Assembly: GCF_009914755.1 (NCBI RefSeq)
Contig: NC_060930.1
DNA from: the human T2T-CHM13v2.0 reference genome, Homo sapiens
Length of the DNA: 64,000 nucleotides
Direction: 5' to 3' (one strand)
Of this stretch, positions 27,046 through 44,169 are shown one piece after another. Below the pieces are notes generated by a model that worked only from the letters and a program-made list of their open reading frames with translations, was not told where the DNA came from and ran no database searches. Made by a program: the position numbers and the translations under genes. Within the stretch, counting starts at the first letter, position 1; each line of letters begins with the position of its first letter.

Positions 27046-28623
27046 ACAAAATATTTCCTACATAATAATCTTTAAAGCCTGAGACAAATTGTGAGGAGAA
27101 ATTTACCTCATTACAATTTACACTTTTAACATCCAAGTTTGTTTTTCTTATGATGTTAAAAACTGCTTTATACATATGGGTTAGTATTTTGGAACAAATT
27201 TCTTTTTAAGATTCCTTGGTTTGGGGATTGCACTAAAGTAATTCTTCAGTTACAGTCTGTGTGTCTTTAATTTGTCAGAGAATACTATAATTCCTACATT
27301 AGGGTGATACCTGTTATCAAATGACTACACAGGGAGGTGCTTATTTTGCCAAATAACTTAATCCAGTCTACTTGTGGCTCAATTTTACAGTTCATTAAGA
27401 GTGTGAAATAAAACACAACCTATAAGTGATAATATCACAGTAACCTTTGCTTCAAAAGCCATTCTTATTTATTTCACCTAATTTTCACATTTATCCAATA
27501 AAGTAACTATGGAAGACATTGTATTTTATGCATCTTGGCTGCCTCAATGTCTATCTGTAACGTGTAAGAACTTACTATTAGTGTCTGACAATAATGGATG
27601 AGGTTGATGTTGATTACCTAACCCCAGGCATTCAGTGAGACTGTGTCATTGTACAAACTAGATTCATGAACATACTCTAGCCTCCAGACTCTTCTCATAA
27701 TACCATGCTGAAATTAACTATGAGATTGTTAATAGTCAGGAAGCTACCATGTATGAAAAATTATTAACCACTCTAGGTCAGGGTGTTGGCTCTTATGGCT
27801 GGCATTTTGAGAACCAGAGCTATGGGTGAGGTCATATTAAGTAGGAATAAAAATGCTTGGCACTTCCAATATCTGGAAAGATCATTCAGGTCTATCTTTG
27901 CCTTTCTCCTCCAAATCCTTTATCAGAGATACAGCTACACAGATTTTCTAGTTTACTAAGGGCAGGGAAAGATCATTAGCACAAACTTTAGTTTCCATGA
28001 ACATTATTTAAATAAAATATAATCAAGAAATAAAATGAAATACAGGGAATGAATAAACAATAAGCTACTAGTAAGCCTGCTTTATGGTCTTAAGGGGGCC
28101 AACCTATGTGTAATGACTGGAAGTGATGTAATAGTAAAATTGCACCTAAGCTGTCAAGTACAATGCCTACGAAGTCTGATAAGCTCACTGATACTGAGCA
28201 AGAAAAAAGAGGAACCATCGAGAGAAGGGGACTGTTTTTCTTTGTGATGTCACTGCATTAGCTCAGCAGTTAGTTAAAAACAAAAACAAACAAACAAAAA
28301 AACTAGTTTTACATTATTCAGAAAAACAATAATCCCACTGACTTTCCAGTTTGTTACTATCATTTGGCATAGACCAAGGAAAGAAACAAGGTTGTAAGAG
28401 AATTTTAACAGAATTATCTTTTTTAACCAGTTAGAAAACAAATGGAAGTGAGAGGTGGAGGAGTAAGGAGAAATGAAAGGGCACAGACAGATTCCCGACA
28501 TATAAGCATTATTAAATATTATTGGTATTTTGTTGAGTATACTTACTCTTGTTAACATTAACTTGGTCAGTGCTTGTCTATGAATCAGACTCACTGGACT
28601 CATGTCCATGGTGTACTCTAGAG

Positions 28624-28752
28624 CAGTAACTTATCATATTGTAATGGGCCTGCGATTATGTGGGAATGTTTTTAACATGCAAGCTCTGATTTAGGAGGTC
28701 TGGGCTGCTAGGAGACGCAGCAGATCCACGGACCACACGCTGAGTAGCACTG
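28624..28752. mobile_element. hAT-Charlie MITE (MER5-like), internally deleted
   Basis: Termini CAGTAACTTATCA...TGAGTAGCACTG; internal CTGATTTAGGAGGTCTGGG and TCCACGGACCACAC; left flank CTCTAGAG is a typical MER5 target. Confidence 0.65.
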
Positions 28753-29769
28753 CTCCAGGCAATCCATATTAGCTAAACTGAAGGTCTTCATAACAGCTTT
28801 CTTCCTGTCCCACAACGGATTGTTATGAAGAGGTTAATATTTTCCCTAATTGTGTTTCTAATTCTCAAATAATAAGATCCCCATTGTAAGCAGATATTAT
28901 CAATGTGACTTATGCCATAAAGAAACTGTGCTGTAACAGTTTGTGCTATAACAGATTATTTCATAATAGAATTCTCAAACAAAGATGATGAAATTATAGA
29001 ATTTAAAGCTGTCTATCTGCACACTGGAGCTCTATAAAAATATGATTTTTTAAAAATGAGTTTTAACAACAGATGTCTTATTTTTCATGTGAAACCTCTC
29101 ATGCCTCTCTATATTCAATATGTGAATATGTGAAACAGATAAATGAGAAAGAGAATATCTTACCTCTGACTTTGCCTGTGTGTAATGATGCTGGGAACCT
29201 TCTTAATATCTCTGAGAAAGCCCTTGGGTATGAAAACAACTTTTCCAGGGGAAAAGTCCTGTCACCTTAAACCAAACGTGAGACTAAGGCCTCACACATA
29301 AAGTAAACCACAGAATGAGTCTTTGCTCTCTTTGCTCGTCAATACTGGTTTTCAGCTCAATTAACTCTGTCCCTTTCAGTCCATTTACCACACTGCCCAA
29401 AGTAATTTTGCCAAATATCATATTTCTGATGTTACTCTCCTGTCCAATAAAACCTTCAGTGCTTTCTACCTCTTTAGAAAACAACACATTTACTAGCACA
29501 ACATTCAAGATTTAGAATTAAGCGTGGGTTCTAATTTACTCTGTGACACAAGTCCTTTAAGTATTGTCTTATTTTCTCCAACTACAAAATAAGGACTTAC
29601 AATTGGGTTGAAAGAAATTTAGAAAAAACTAAATGAGCTTTTGATCAAAATGATTATTTGGTAAGAAATGAATAAAAATAGTCACTCCCCTACGTACCCC
29701 TGCCACAAAAAGCTAGTTACTTTGAAGCATCTCTGAGAAGTTTTATAATCTTTTGATTTTTGGGGGGAG

Positions 29770-30666
29770 TCTTTCATTCTTTTATTATAATATATATATA
29801 TATTCAGATACACACACACATATATATATACACACACATATATGTGTGTGTATATATGTGTATATATATGCAGGTTTGTTTTATGTACAACAATTGATCC
29901 CATCAAATAATCAGATGAAGGCATTCTACTGGTAATTTCCCCCCAAATCAATTCAGGTAAAATTAGATATTAATGCACTTAAGAGAATATTAACATTTGA
30001 GAATTCATGATCAATTTCAGTTCTGAGGCCATACGCACAATTCAAAATACACATTCACTGAGTTAAGGCAATAAAAGTGGATTGAAAGAAACCACAGTTT
30101 TCAGAACAATTAAACTTTGTATTTTGCTTGCATTAGAGTCACGATATGAAGAACAAATATTGTGTGTATCTCACAGGTGTTTTGTGCAGTGTGAGCAGCT
30201 TCTGAACACCTAAGGTGACTGCACAGCAGGTGGGCAAACAGCTGGTGTGGCCGGCTTAAGGCTTCTCGGAGGGCACATTTCTTCTCCACCTCTCCTTTCT
30301 CGGGTCCTTATTTTAGTTTGTAACCAGCCAAGTGGCCTTAGTTGCATCCTCAGCCAGCATGGAGCAGGCAGTTTCACAGGAGGAAGGCAGGGCTCCTTGG
30401 TGATGTCTGTGTTTTTGAGGGTATAGGCTTCCTCTATCATATTCTTTTTCACCCGGTCAGTGGCTAACGGGCTGGAGGCAACTGCAGAACTGCAGCCAGA
30501 TGTTTTAAACCTCATGTCCACAATCTTCCCCTTTTTGTCCACTTGAATCTGTATTTTATCACCTCATGCTGAAGCCCACACCAATCCAATTCCAATATTT
30601 TTAGATGTCTTATCATGGGACACCACATTTGTAGGATTTTCACAGAAATCAACAATCTTCATTTGA
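29770..30666 (-). pseudogene. ISCUP1: Processed pseudogene of ISCU (iron-sulfur cluster scaffold), 5'-truncated, with near-complete 3'UTR
   Basis: Minus-strand translation ..ENPTNVVSHDKTSKNIGIGLVWASA*GDKIQIQVDKKGKIVDMRFKTSGCSSAVASSPLATDRVKKNMIEEAYTLKNTDITKEPCLPPVKL.. aligns to ISCU (ENPRNVGSLDKTSKNVGTGLVGAPACGDVMKLQIQVDEKGKIVDARFKTFGCGSAIASS...LPPVKLHC) with no introns. TGA at 30564-30566, ~6-nt deletion after it, 1-nt deletion near 30368. Downstream sequence matches the ISCU 3'UTR as I recall it, ending in AATAAA at ~29781-29786. The symbol is from recollection that the chr1 ISCU pseudogene is ISCUP1. Confidence 0.93.
29789..29870. repeat. Compound (TA)n/(CA)n/(TG)n microsatellite within the pseudogene 3'UTR
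   Basis: Alternating purine-pyrimidine tract containing a perfect 34-bp palindrome at 29824-29857. Confidence 0.95.
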
Positions 30667-31204
30667 CCTTTTGTTTAAAATTTTTGTTGGTTTTGAAGGG
30701 TTTTATACTTGTTTGATGTTTTTCTATTTTATTTCTTTCAAATATTATTGCCTTTCCCTAACTATATTAGTCATATTAAGTTAGTTTCTAAACCAGTATG
30801 TGTGTTCCATGCAAGAATCATAGAATATGAACTTAATGGAAATAAAATCAAATGAAAAATTTTTGACTTTTTAAAATGTTAACATATTATTAGAGGAGGT
30901 ACAATGAGATGAAAAAAATTGTGGAAGACAGAGGAAGGAGGGTTTGAAAAGGATAATCCTTCCAAATAGCAAATGTTAAAATTCTATTATTTGGTTTGTT
31001 GACTCCATTCAGTTACTGTTGTTGGAATTACAAAAATGTAAAATAAAATAAAATTGTGACCCTATCACACATATAAGAAAAATAGCAAATACAAGAATGG
31101 TATTAAAAAACTTATGAAGCTGTTCATAAAAAGCAACCATAATCTGCACAGTTTTATATACTTCCAAATATATTTCTATGCACATATACATGAATTTACA
31201 GAAT

Positions 31205-31345
31205 GGAGGCTCGCTTTGTCCCAGGCATTGAGCTAAACGCTATTCTTATATAACCTCATATAATCCTCACAACAACTTTGAGGAGTAGATAATATTCCCA
31301 TTATTTTTTATATAAAGTGAGGTTTAGAGAAGTTACAAATTATTC
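31205..31345 (-). mobile_element. MIR
   Basis: CCAGGCATTGAGCTAAACGCT...TAATCCTCACAACAACTTTGAGGAGTAG...GAGGTTTAGAGAAGTTA. Confidence 0.7.
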
Positions 31346-31569
31346 CACTGCATTGTTATGTCATAATGTATTTAACTAATCATTTATGTTTAAAAATTCA
31401 GATTTTAAAAACTTTTAACTACCACAAAAAGCTCAGGATAAGAATAATTGCCTAAAAATGATTTCAAATAATTAACAAGAACAAGAACGAAACTTTATTT
31501 TACAGTTTAGCAGTTCTTGGATAAATGTTCACCTCTCTACCTTAGCTTCTTTTTGTCTAGTACAATATT

Positions 31570-31790
31570 GCAGCTTTACTATCAGACTCTGCTAAACACC
31601 TTCTTTGTGTGGGTGTGTGAGTGCACTTAGTGTCCACAATAGCTCTATAAAGCAGAAACATCATCCCCATTTTATGTAAGAGGAAACTATAGGTCAGTGA
31701 GGTTAAGTAGCATGTCTAAGGTGACAGAGCTACTGTACAACACATTTAGAATATAAGCCAGATCTGTCTTGCTGCCCAGCTTTTCACCAT
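31570..31790 (-). mobile_element. MIR
   Basis: CATCCCCATTTTATGTAAGAGGAAACTATAGGTCAGTGAGGTTAAGTAGCATGTCTAAGGTGACAGAGCTA. Confidence 0.75.
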
Positions 31791-31971
31791 CAGTTCATCA
31801 AATTGCTTCTCACCCCACTAGAGTCTCTTCAAATAACAGAAACAGTGAACATTAGCAAACTGGCACTCTGTACCCTCCCTTTTGAACCCCTGATTATTGT
31901 ATGCCCCACTAAAATAAGGTCTGTATCCTCCAAATGCCTAAGAAAACCTATCATCATCTATTTAGACTTAG

Positions 31972-32296
<325 letters not shown>

Positions 32297-32627
32297 GGAC
32301 TGTTATCTTTAAGTTTGTTTTTAATTTACCTCTCCACATATTCTAGATTTCTGCACTATGGGCTCATGCTTTAGGTGTTCAGTAAATATTCAAATTGCCA
32401 TGAAGATGAAGGAAATGATCAAATTACCTGTTACTGTTATGTTGTTTCGATCACAAAATGCAGACCAAGCCTTTTTTCATCTTTGCAATAATTTTATTTT
32501 CTTTTAAGTAAAGATATTGCAAACAAAAAGTAACTTATTAATAGATATTTAAAGTAATTTATTCTTAATAAAATTTATTTTTCTATTGAATTTCTTGTTA
32601 ATCATTAAGTAGTCATTGCCTTTAAAC

Positions 32628-32952
32628 CTTTGGTCCCCAACCCAACCCCCAAGCCACAAACAAGTACAGGAATCCGGCTGCAGAGCAGGAGGTGAGCGGC
32701 CTGTGAGCAAGCATTACCACCTAAGCTCTGCCTCCTTAGATCAGCAGCTGCATTAGATTCTCTTAGGAGCAAGAACCCAGTTGTGAACTGCACATCTGAG
32801 GGATCTAGGTTGTACACTCCTTATGAGAATCTAATGCCTGATGATCTGAGGTGGAACAGTTTCATCCCAAAACCATACCCCCGACTTCATCCACAGAAAA
32901 ACTATCTTCCACAGAAACCAGCCCCTGGTGCCAAAAGGTTTGGGGACTGCTG
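32628..32952 (+). mobile_element. MER1B (hAT-Charlie MITE)
   Basis: GCAGGAGGTGAGCGGC...AGATCAGCAGCTGCATTAGATTCTC...GAGAATCTAATGCCTGATGATCTGAGGTGGAACAGTTTCATCCC...CCTGGTGCCAAAAGGTTTGGGGACTGCTG. 8-bp TSD CTTTAAAC / CTTTACAC. Confidence 0.88.
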
Positions 32953-33567
32953 CTTTACACATTTTTTAAATTTATAATCTGTCAAAGATTAATTTTGCCA
33001 CAGCCATTTTCCTTTGGTTAGTATTTTTCTTTCTCTTACCTTCAAACAATCTGTAAAGTGACTTCTGGAGGTGTCTTCTGTAAAAGGAATATAACATGAT
33101 TTTTTATAAGCCAATCTACTTTCTGTTTTCACACTTTAGAAGTTAATGGCAAAATATTACAATGAGAAAACTCAAATTTAAAAAATTTTTATTTTGGGAA
33201 ATAAAGCAAATTTTATAACAAACTTTCATTTATCTATCACCCAACTTCAACTAGTATCAACAATTAATTCAATTTTTTCAATGTATATCTCAACACACTA
33301 TTTTCTTGAGAAAGTATCTTTTGACATATACCCTTGACCTATTAACATTTTTTGCAATTGATAAATATGGAAACTATTTCTACAACTTTTTTTTGCCAAT
33401 TTTTCTTTTCTGTCTTTTATTGAATCAAATTTTTAAGTTCCTTTTCATCTTTTATTTATTGTACATTATATTTCTATTCCTTCAGTAACTGCTTCAAAAA
33501 AATATCAGTTTCTAAATTAACAAAACCTAATAATGATTAATATATTTTTTCTGCTACTGAATATATT

Positions 33568-33928
33568 TGATATGGTTTGGCTGTGTCCTCACACAAATCT
33601 TATCTTGAATTACAGCTCCCATAATCCCCACCTGTGGTGGGAGGGACCCGGTGGGAGGTAATTGAATCATGGAGATGGGTTTTTCCTGTGCTGTTCTTGT
33701 GGCAGTGAATAACTCTCAAGAGATCTGACGGTTTTATAAAGGGCAGTTTCCCTGCATATACTGTCTTCCCCCCTGCCACGTAGGATGAGCCTTTTCTCCT
33801 CCTTCACCTTCCACCATGATTTTGAGGCCTCCCCAGCCATGTGAAACTGTGAGTCTATTAAACTTTTTCTTTATAAATTACGCAGTTTCGGGTATTTCTT
33901 CATAGCAGTATGAAAATAGACTAATATA
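33568..33928 (+). mobile_element. THE1 solo LTR (THE1B/C/D-like MaLR)
   Basis: Starts TGATATGGTTTGGCTGTGTCC and ends CATAGCAGTATGAAAATAGACTAATATA; ~360 bp. Confidence 0.92.
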
Positions 33929-34674
33929 ACTTTAAAAAGCATTAACTGTATATCCTAACCCAGTTGCTATTATTTAATATTTTATATTTACTTTCTATAT
34001 ACACTCAGATGATTATTTTTAATTTACATAGTCAATGTTTCTTTTACGTTTACAACTTATTACTTCTTGCTTCCTTCTATTGCTTCATTTTAGGTGCAAT
34101 TTCCTTCCTCGAAGTATTGCTTTGGTCATTCTCAGTGATGGTCTGGGAATGGTAACCACTTAAATTTTTACTTTCTCTAAATATGTCTCTACTTTACACT
34201 CAATCTTGAATGGTAGCTTAACTGAGTAGTCATTTTATTCTCCTAACTTAACAGTATCTCTAGAAAAGGAAAAGCGTTTAAGATTTTTAAAAAGTAGGGG
34301 GGAGGAGCCAAGAGGGCCAAATAGGAACAGCTCCGGTCTACAGCTCCCAGCGGCAATGACGCAGAAGATGGGTGATTTCTGCATTTCCATCTGAGGTATC
34401 GGGTTCATCTCACTAGGGAGTGCCAGACAGTGGGTGCAGGTCAGTGGGTACACGCACCGTGCGCGAACCAAAGCAGGGCGAGGCATTGCCTCACTCTGGA
34501 AGCGCAAGGGGTCAGGGAGTTCCCTTTCCTAGTCAAAGAAAGGGGTGACAGATGGCACCTGGAAAATCGGGTCACTCCCACCCGAATACTGCGCTTTTCC
34601 GACTGGCTTAAAAAACAGCACACCAGGAGATTATATCCCGCACCTGGCTCAGAAGGTCCTACGCCCAAGGAGTC

Positions 34675-34749
34675 TCACTGATTGCTAGCACAGCAGTCTG
34701 AGATCAAACTGCAAGGCGGCAGCAAGGTTGGGGGAGGGGTGCCTGCCAT
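34675..34749 (-). pseudogene. L1 ORF0, truncated after 24 codons
   Basis: ATG at 34747-34749 (minus) gives MAGTPPPTLLPPCSLISDCCASNQ*. A CGA>TGA change gives the stop at 34675-34677. The downstream frame (GVGPSEPG...RVGVTRFSRC) is the rest of ORF0. Confidence 0.85.
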
Positions 34750-35203
34750 TGCCCAGGCTTGCTTAGGTAAACAAAGCAGCCGGGAAGCTCGAACTGGGTG
34801 GAGCCCACCACAGCTCAAGGAGGCCTGCCTGCCTCTGTAGACTCCACCTCTGGAGGCAGGGCACAGACAAAAAAAAAGACAGCAGTAACCTCTGCAGACT
34901 TAAATGTCCCTGTCTGACAGCTTTGAAGAGAGCAGTGGTTCTCCCAGCACTCAGCTGGAGATCTGAGAATGGGCATACTGCTCCTCAAGTGGGTCCCTGA
35001 CCCCTGACCCCCAAGCAGCCTAACTGGGAGGCACCCCCCAGCAGGGGTAGACTGACACCTCACATGGCCCGGTACTCCAACAGACCTGCAGCTGAAGGTC
35101 CTGTCTGTTAAAAGGAAAACTAACAAACAGAAAGGACACCCACACCAAAAACCCATCTGTACATCACCATCATCAAAGACCAAAAGTAGATAAAACCACA
35201 AAG

Positions 35204-36220
35204 ATGGGGAAAAACCAGAGCAGAAAAACTGGAAACTCTAAAAAGCAGAGCGCCTCTCCTCCTCCAAAGGAACGCAATTCCTCACCAGCAACAGAACAAA
35301 GCTGGACGGAGAATGACTTTGACGAGCTGAGAGAAGAAGGCTTCAGATGATCAAATTACACCGAGCTATGGAAGGACATTCAAACCAAAGGCAAAGAAGT
35401 TGAAAACTTTGAAAAAAATTTAGAAGAATATATAACTAGAATAACCAATACAGAGAAGTGCTTAAAGGAGCTGATGGAGCTGAAAACCAAGGCTCGAGAA
35501 CTACGTGAAGAATGCAGAAGCCTCAGGAGCCAATGCGATCAACTGGAAGAAAGGGTATCAGCGATGGAAGATGAAATTAATGAAATGAAGCGAGAAGGGA
35601 AATTTAGAGAAAAGAGAATAAAAAGTAACGAGCAAAGCCTCCAAGAAATATGGGTCTATGTGAAAAGACCAAATCTACGTCTGATTGGTGTACCTGAAAG
35701 TGACGGGGAGAATGGAACCAAGTTGGAAAACAATCTGCAGGATATTATGCAGGAGAACTTCCCCAATCTAGCAAGGCAGGCCAACATTCAAATTCAGGAA
35801 ATACAGAGAATGCCACAAAGATAGTCCTTGAGAAGAGCAACTCCAAGACACATAACTGTCAGATTCACCAAAGTTGAAATGAAGAAAAAAATGTTAAGGG
35901 CAGCCAGAGAGAAAGGTCGGGTTACCCTCAAAGGGAAGCCCATCAGACTAACAGCGGATCTCTCAGCAGAAACTCTACAAGCCAGAAGAGAGTGGGGGCC
36001 AATATTCAACATTCTTAAAGAAAAGAATTTTCAACCCAGAAATTCATATCCAGCCAAACTAAGCTTCATAAGTGAAGGAGAAATAAAATACTTTACAGAC
36101 AAGCAAATGCTGAGAGATTTTGTCACCACCAGGCCTGCCCTAAAAGAGCTCCTGAAGGAAGCGCTAAACATGGAAAGGAACAACCGGTACCAACAGCTGC
36201 AAAATCATGCCAAATTGTAA
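35204..36220 (+). pseudogene. L1 ORF1p, disabled
   Basis: 338-codon frame (MGKNQSRKTGNSK...) with premature TGA at 35348-35350 and TAG at 35822-35824. Confidence 0.95.
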
Positions 36221-36283
36221 AGACCATCGAGACTAGGAAGCAACTGCATCAACTAACGAGCAAAATAACCAGCTAACATCATA

Positions 36284-40109
<3,826 letters not shown>

Positions 40110-41907
40110 ACAATGAGAACACATGGACACAGGAAGGGGAACATCACACTCTGGGGACTGTTGTGGTGTGGGGGAAGGGGGGAGGGATAGCATTGGTAGA
40201 TATACGTAATGCTAGATGGTGAGTTAGTGGGTGCAGCGCACCAGCATGGCACATGTATACATATGTAACTAACCTGCACATTGTGCACATGTACCCTAAA
40301 ACTTAAAGTATAATAATAATAAATAAATAAATAAATAAAGATTTTTAAAAAGTACAATTTGTCAATATTTTTCTTTTATGTATCATACTGTTGGTGTCAT
40401 ATCTAAGAAATATTTGCTTAACCCAAGGTCACAAATATTTTTGTCTCATAAAGGTTTTTTTCTAATTTTAGGTGTTTCATTTATAATGTAATGAACGAAT
40501 TTTTTGAAATGGATATTCAGTTGTTCCCCCACCATTTGTTGAAAAGGCTGTCATTGTTCTCTGAATTTCCTTTGCATTGTCAAAAATTAGTTGTCAATAC
40601 CTAGGTGGATCTGTTTCTGAATTCTTAATTGTTTGACTTCAAATTCTTTTTGAAATAAAAATATCTTGATAACAGTATCATGTCTTGGTTACTATAACTT
40701 TATACTTTTTGAAATTACCAAATATGAATTCTTGGACTTTTAAAATCGTTTTTGAAGTTGTTTTGGTTATTTTTCTCATTTGTATGTCCATACAAATTTT
40801 AGAATATATCAATTTGGAAAGAATTAACAATATTAACAATATTGACTCTTCCAAGGGGTATCTCCTCATTTATATTTTTAAAATGTCTCTCAGTAATGTT
40901 TTGTAGTTTTCAGTTTAAAGGTTTTGCACATCTTTTGTCAGATTTGTCCCTAGCACTAATATTTTCAATGTATGGTTTACTTTTAATTTCAACATCCCTT
41001 TGTTCATTAGTAATAGAACTATGCTTGAATTTTGCACATTGATCTTGTATGCTGTAATATTGATGAAATACCTTAATAGTTCTGGTAATTTTTTGGTGGA
41101 TTTTTGTGAATATTCTGTGTAGATGAACATGTTATCTTAAATACATATAATTTTACTTCCAATGTCTTTTTGCCTCATGGTACTGGCTCCCATCTTTAGT
41201 ATAATGTTGAACAGAAGTAGTGAGATCTGACATACATGTCTTGTTCTTGATCTTGATGGGAAAGTATTTAACACTATTAAGTATAATGTTAACTTTCCAG
41301 ATATTTGTTGGTCCCTTTTGTCACTTTTAAGATGTTTTCCTTTTTTTCTTATTTCACTGAGAGGTTTTAAAATTTGTTTTAAAATCAGGAATGGAAGCTT
41401 GATTTTTGTCAAATACTTTTGATGAATCTATTGAGATGATCATATGGTTTTTCTTTTTTTACTTACTAATATGGTAAATTATATTGATTTTTTGCAATGT
41501 TAAACCAAACTTTCATTCCTGGTATAAAATATCTTTGGCTGAAAATGCATTATCCTTCTATCTATTTTATTCAGTTTCTAAAATTTTGTTCAGAATTTGA
41601 GATTCTATGATTATGAGGAAGAGTGGTCTGTAATTTTGCTTTCTTTAACTGTTTTTGTTTGGTTTTGATATTAATGCAACACTAGTCTTATCGAATGTAC
41701 TATGAATCTAAAAAAATCTGTGTAGAATTAGTATTATTTTATCCTTAAATGTTTAGTAGAACTCACCTCTGAAGGTATCTGAACTTGAAGTTTTCTTGTA
41801 GAAACATTTTTTTACTACAATTTTAATTTATACACATAGTACCATTCAGGCTATTTTTTCTTGAATACACTTTGGCAGTTTGTGTTATTCAAACAAGTGT
41901 CTATTTC

Positions 41908-42207
<300 letters not shown>

Positions 42208-42651
42208 AAGTGTCTATTTTATTTAATTTGACTAATCTATTATCATACAGTTGTTTACAATGTTCTCTTAACTGTTGTTTCAATACCTGTAGGATCTCTA
42301 GTGGGCCATCTTTCCATTCCAGATATTGGTAATGTGTGTCTTCTCAATTTCCATCTTTTTTCAGATTAGTCTGGCAAAAAGTTTTTAAGTTTTAAAAATA
42401 TTTTCAAAGAGACAGTTTTGGGTTTCATTGGTTTACTGTCTTCATTTTGTTTTCTCTTTCATTAATGTTGACTGTGTCATTATTTTCTTATTTTTTGTGC
42501 ATGTTTGTTTCTTAAGGTGGAAACTGAAATCATTGATTTGAACTCTTTAGTGCAGTCAATTTTCCTCTTTGTAGTGCTTTTTCAGTATCCCAGGAATGTT
42601 GCTATTTTGTGTTTATATTTGCTATTTTTTTTTCAGTTAAAAATAATTTCT

Positions 42652-42790
42652 GACCCCAGTGTGGTGGCACACACATGTAGTCCCAGATACTTGGGAGGCT
42701 GAGCCCAGAGAATACTTTGAGCTTGGGAGTTCCAATTCCAGCCTGGGCAATGCAACAAGATCCCATATCTTAAAAAATAAATAAATAAAT
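42652..42790 (+). mobile_element. FLAM_A-like free Alu monomer
   Basis: GTGTGGTGGCACAC...TGTAGTCCCAG.TACTTGGGAGGCTGAG...GGAGTTC...CCAGCCTGGGCAA with an (AAAT)n tail. Confidence 0.8.
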
Positions 42791-44169
42791 GCTCTTCTAT
42801 GTATTTTTTGACACATCAGTTATTTAGGAGTCTCTTAATTTCCTCATACTTGGGGATTTTATAGATTAATTTCTACTATTTATTGCTAATTTAGTTCCAC
42901 CATGGTTAGAGAATACATTGTGTATTCCCTTAATGATTCTGTATTCATTGAGAGTTGTTTCACATACCAAATCTATCTCATGATTTATCTTAGTAAGTAT
43001 TTCATGCTCATATAAAATAACGTGTATTATGTTATTAGATAAAATGTTCTAGAAATGTTAATTAAGTCAAGTTGGTTGTTGTTATTCAGTTTTCTATGTC
43101 TGTGCTGATTTTCTGCCTATTGTCTCTGTCAATTATTGAGTGAGGGATATTAAAATCTCCAGTTGCAATTATAAATTTGTCTCTTACTCATTGTACTTCT
43201 AGTTGTTGCTTTATGTATTCTGAAACTCTGCTATTAGGAACATAAACTTTAGGATTGTTATGTCCTTCTGATGAATTGACCACTTTGTACAAAATGACTT
43301 TCTGTACATGTAAAAATGGTTAAAATGGTACATTTTATGTACACTTTATATTTGTATACTTCACCAAAATTAAAATAATTGAACATTAAATTGGGTGAAA
43401 AAATAATTTAAAATCAATTGTTTGCAAGTGCCTCCCATAATACCTTTCTTTCTCTTTTTGTTCTTAATATACTCTAGATTGTAATGTTATGATTTATCCC
43501 TTTCACTTCTGTTGCAGCCTACTATTTCTCCTCTATGAAACATGGAATTTCCTAGGTTTATAGACTATTACCATCCCAGCCTTTACAGTCTAATCTAAAC
43601 ACTCTTGAGTGACTTATCTTAAATTGACGAACAAAGAAATAAAATTGAAACATTCTGTGCTTACTAAGGTCAAGTTATATTTTTAATCTAATTTATACTA
43701 TTTGCCAATTAAAATAAGGAGCATTGTCTTCATGAAAGAACAATTGATCTGTTAATGATTTTAGGCAAGGAGAAGTTTATTTTATCTTAATCCAGCCTGT
43801 AGAAAAGCATTTCCTTTTCTTTTATGTGGTCTAAATTAAGTAAAAACATCATACTCTGAGCAAAGAAATCATGGAATGGGCCCCTTGCTATTGTGTGCTG
43901 ATGTTAATATAGAAGAGAGACTTCATGACTGGAAGGCATCCATGATATTAAACAGGCCATGGTGCTGTGAAGTGCTGAGAGTGGTCATGCCGAGCAACAG
44001 GCCACAGGAATGCAAATCATCCACAAAGCCAAGAGTGGAGCTAGCAGGTGGCCTCGCCCATTCATCTGATGTCAACACTTTATTCAGCTCAGGCCCCTTT
44101 AACATCTGGGAAGGCCCACTATAGCTTTTAATTAAGTAGAATGCAGGCCATGCAGTGTTGCCTTCATTT

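Noticed and set aside
30210-30542. 110-aa ORF as a functional Fe-S scaffold gene
   Set aside because: GTG start, upstream in-frame stop, frameshift after LPPVKL, no introns and no targeting sequence: a processed pseudogene.
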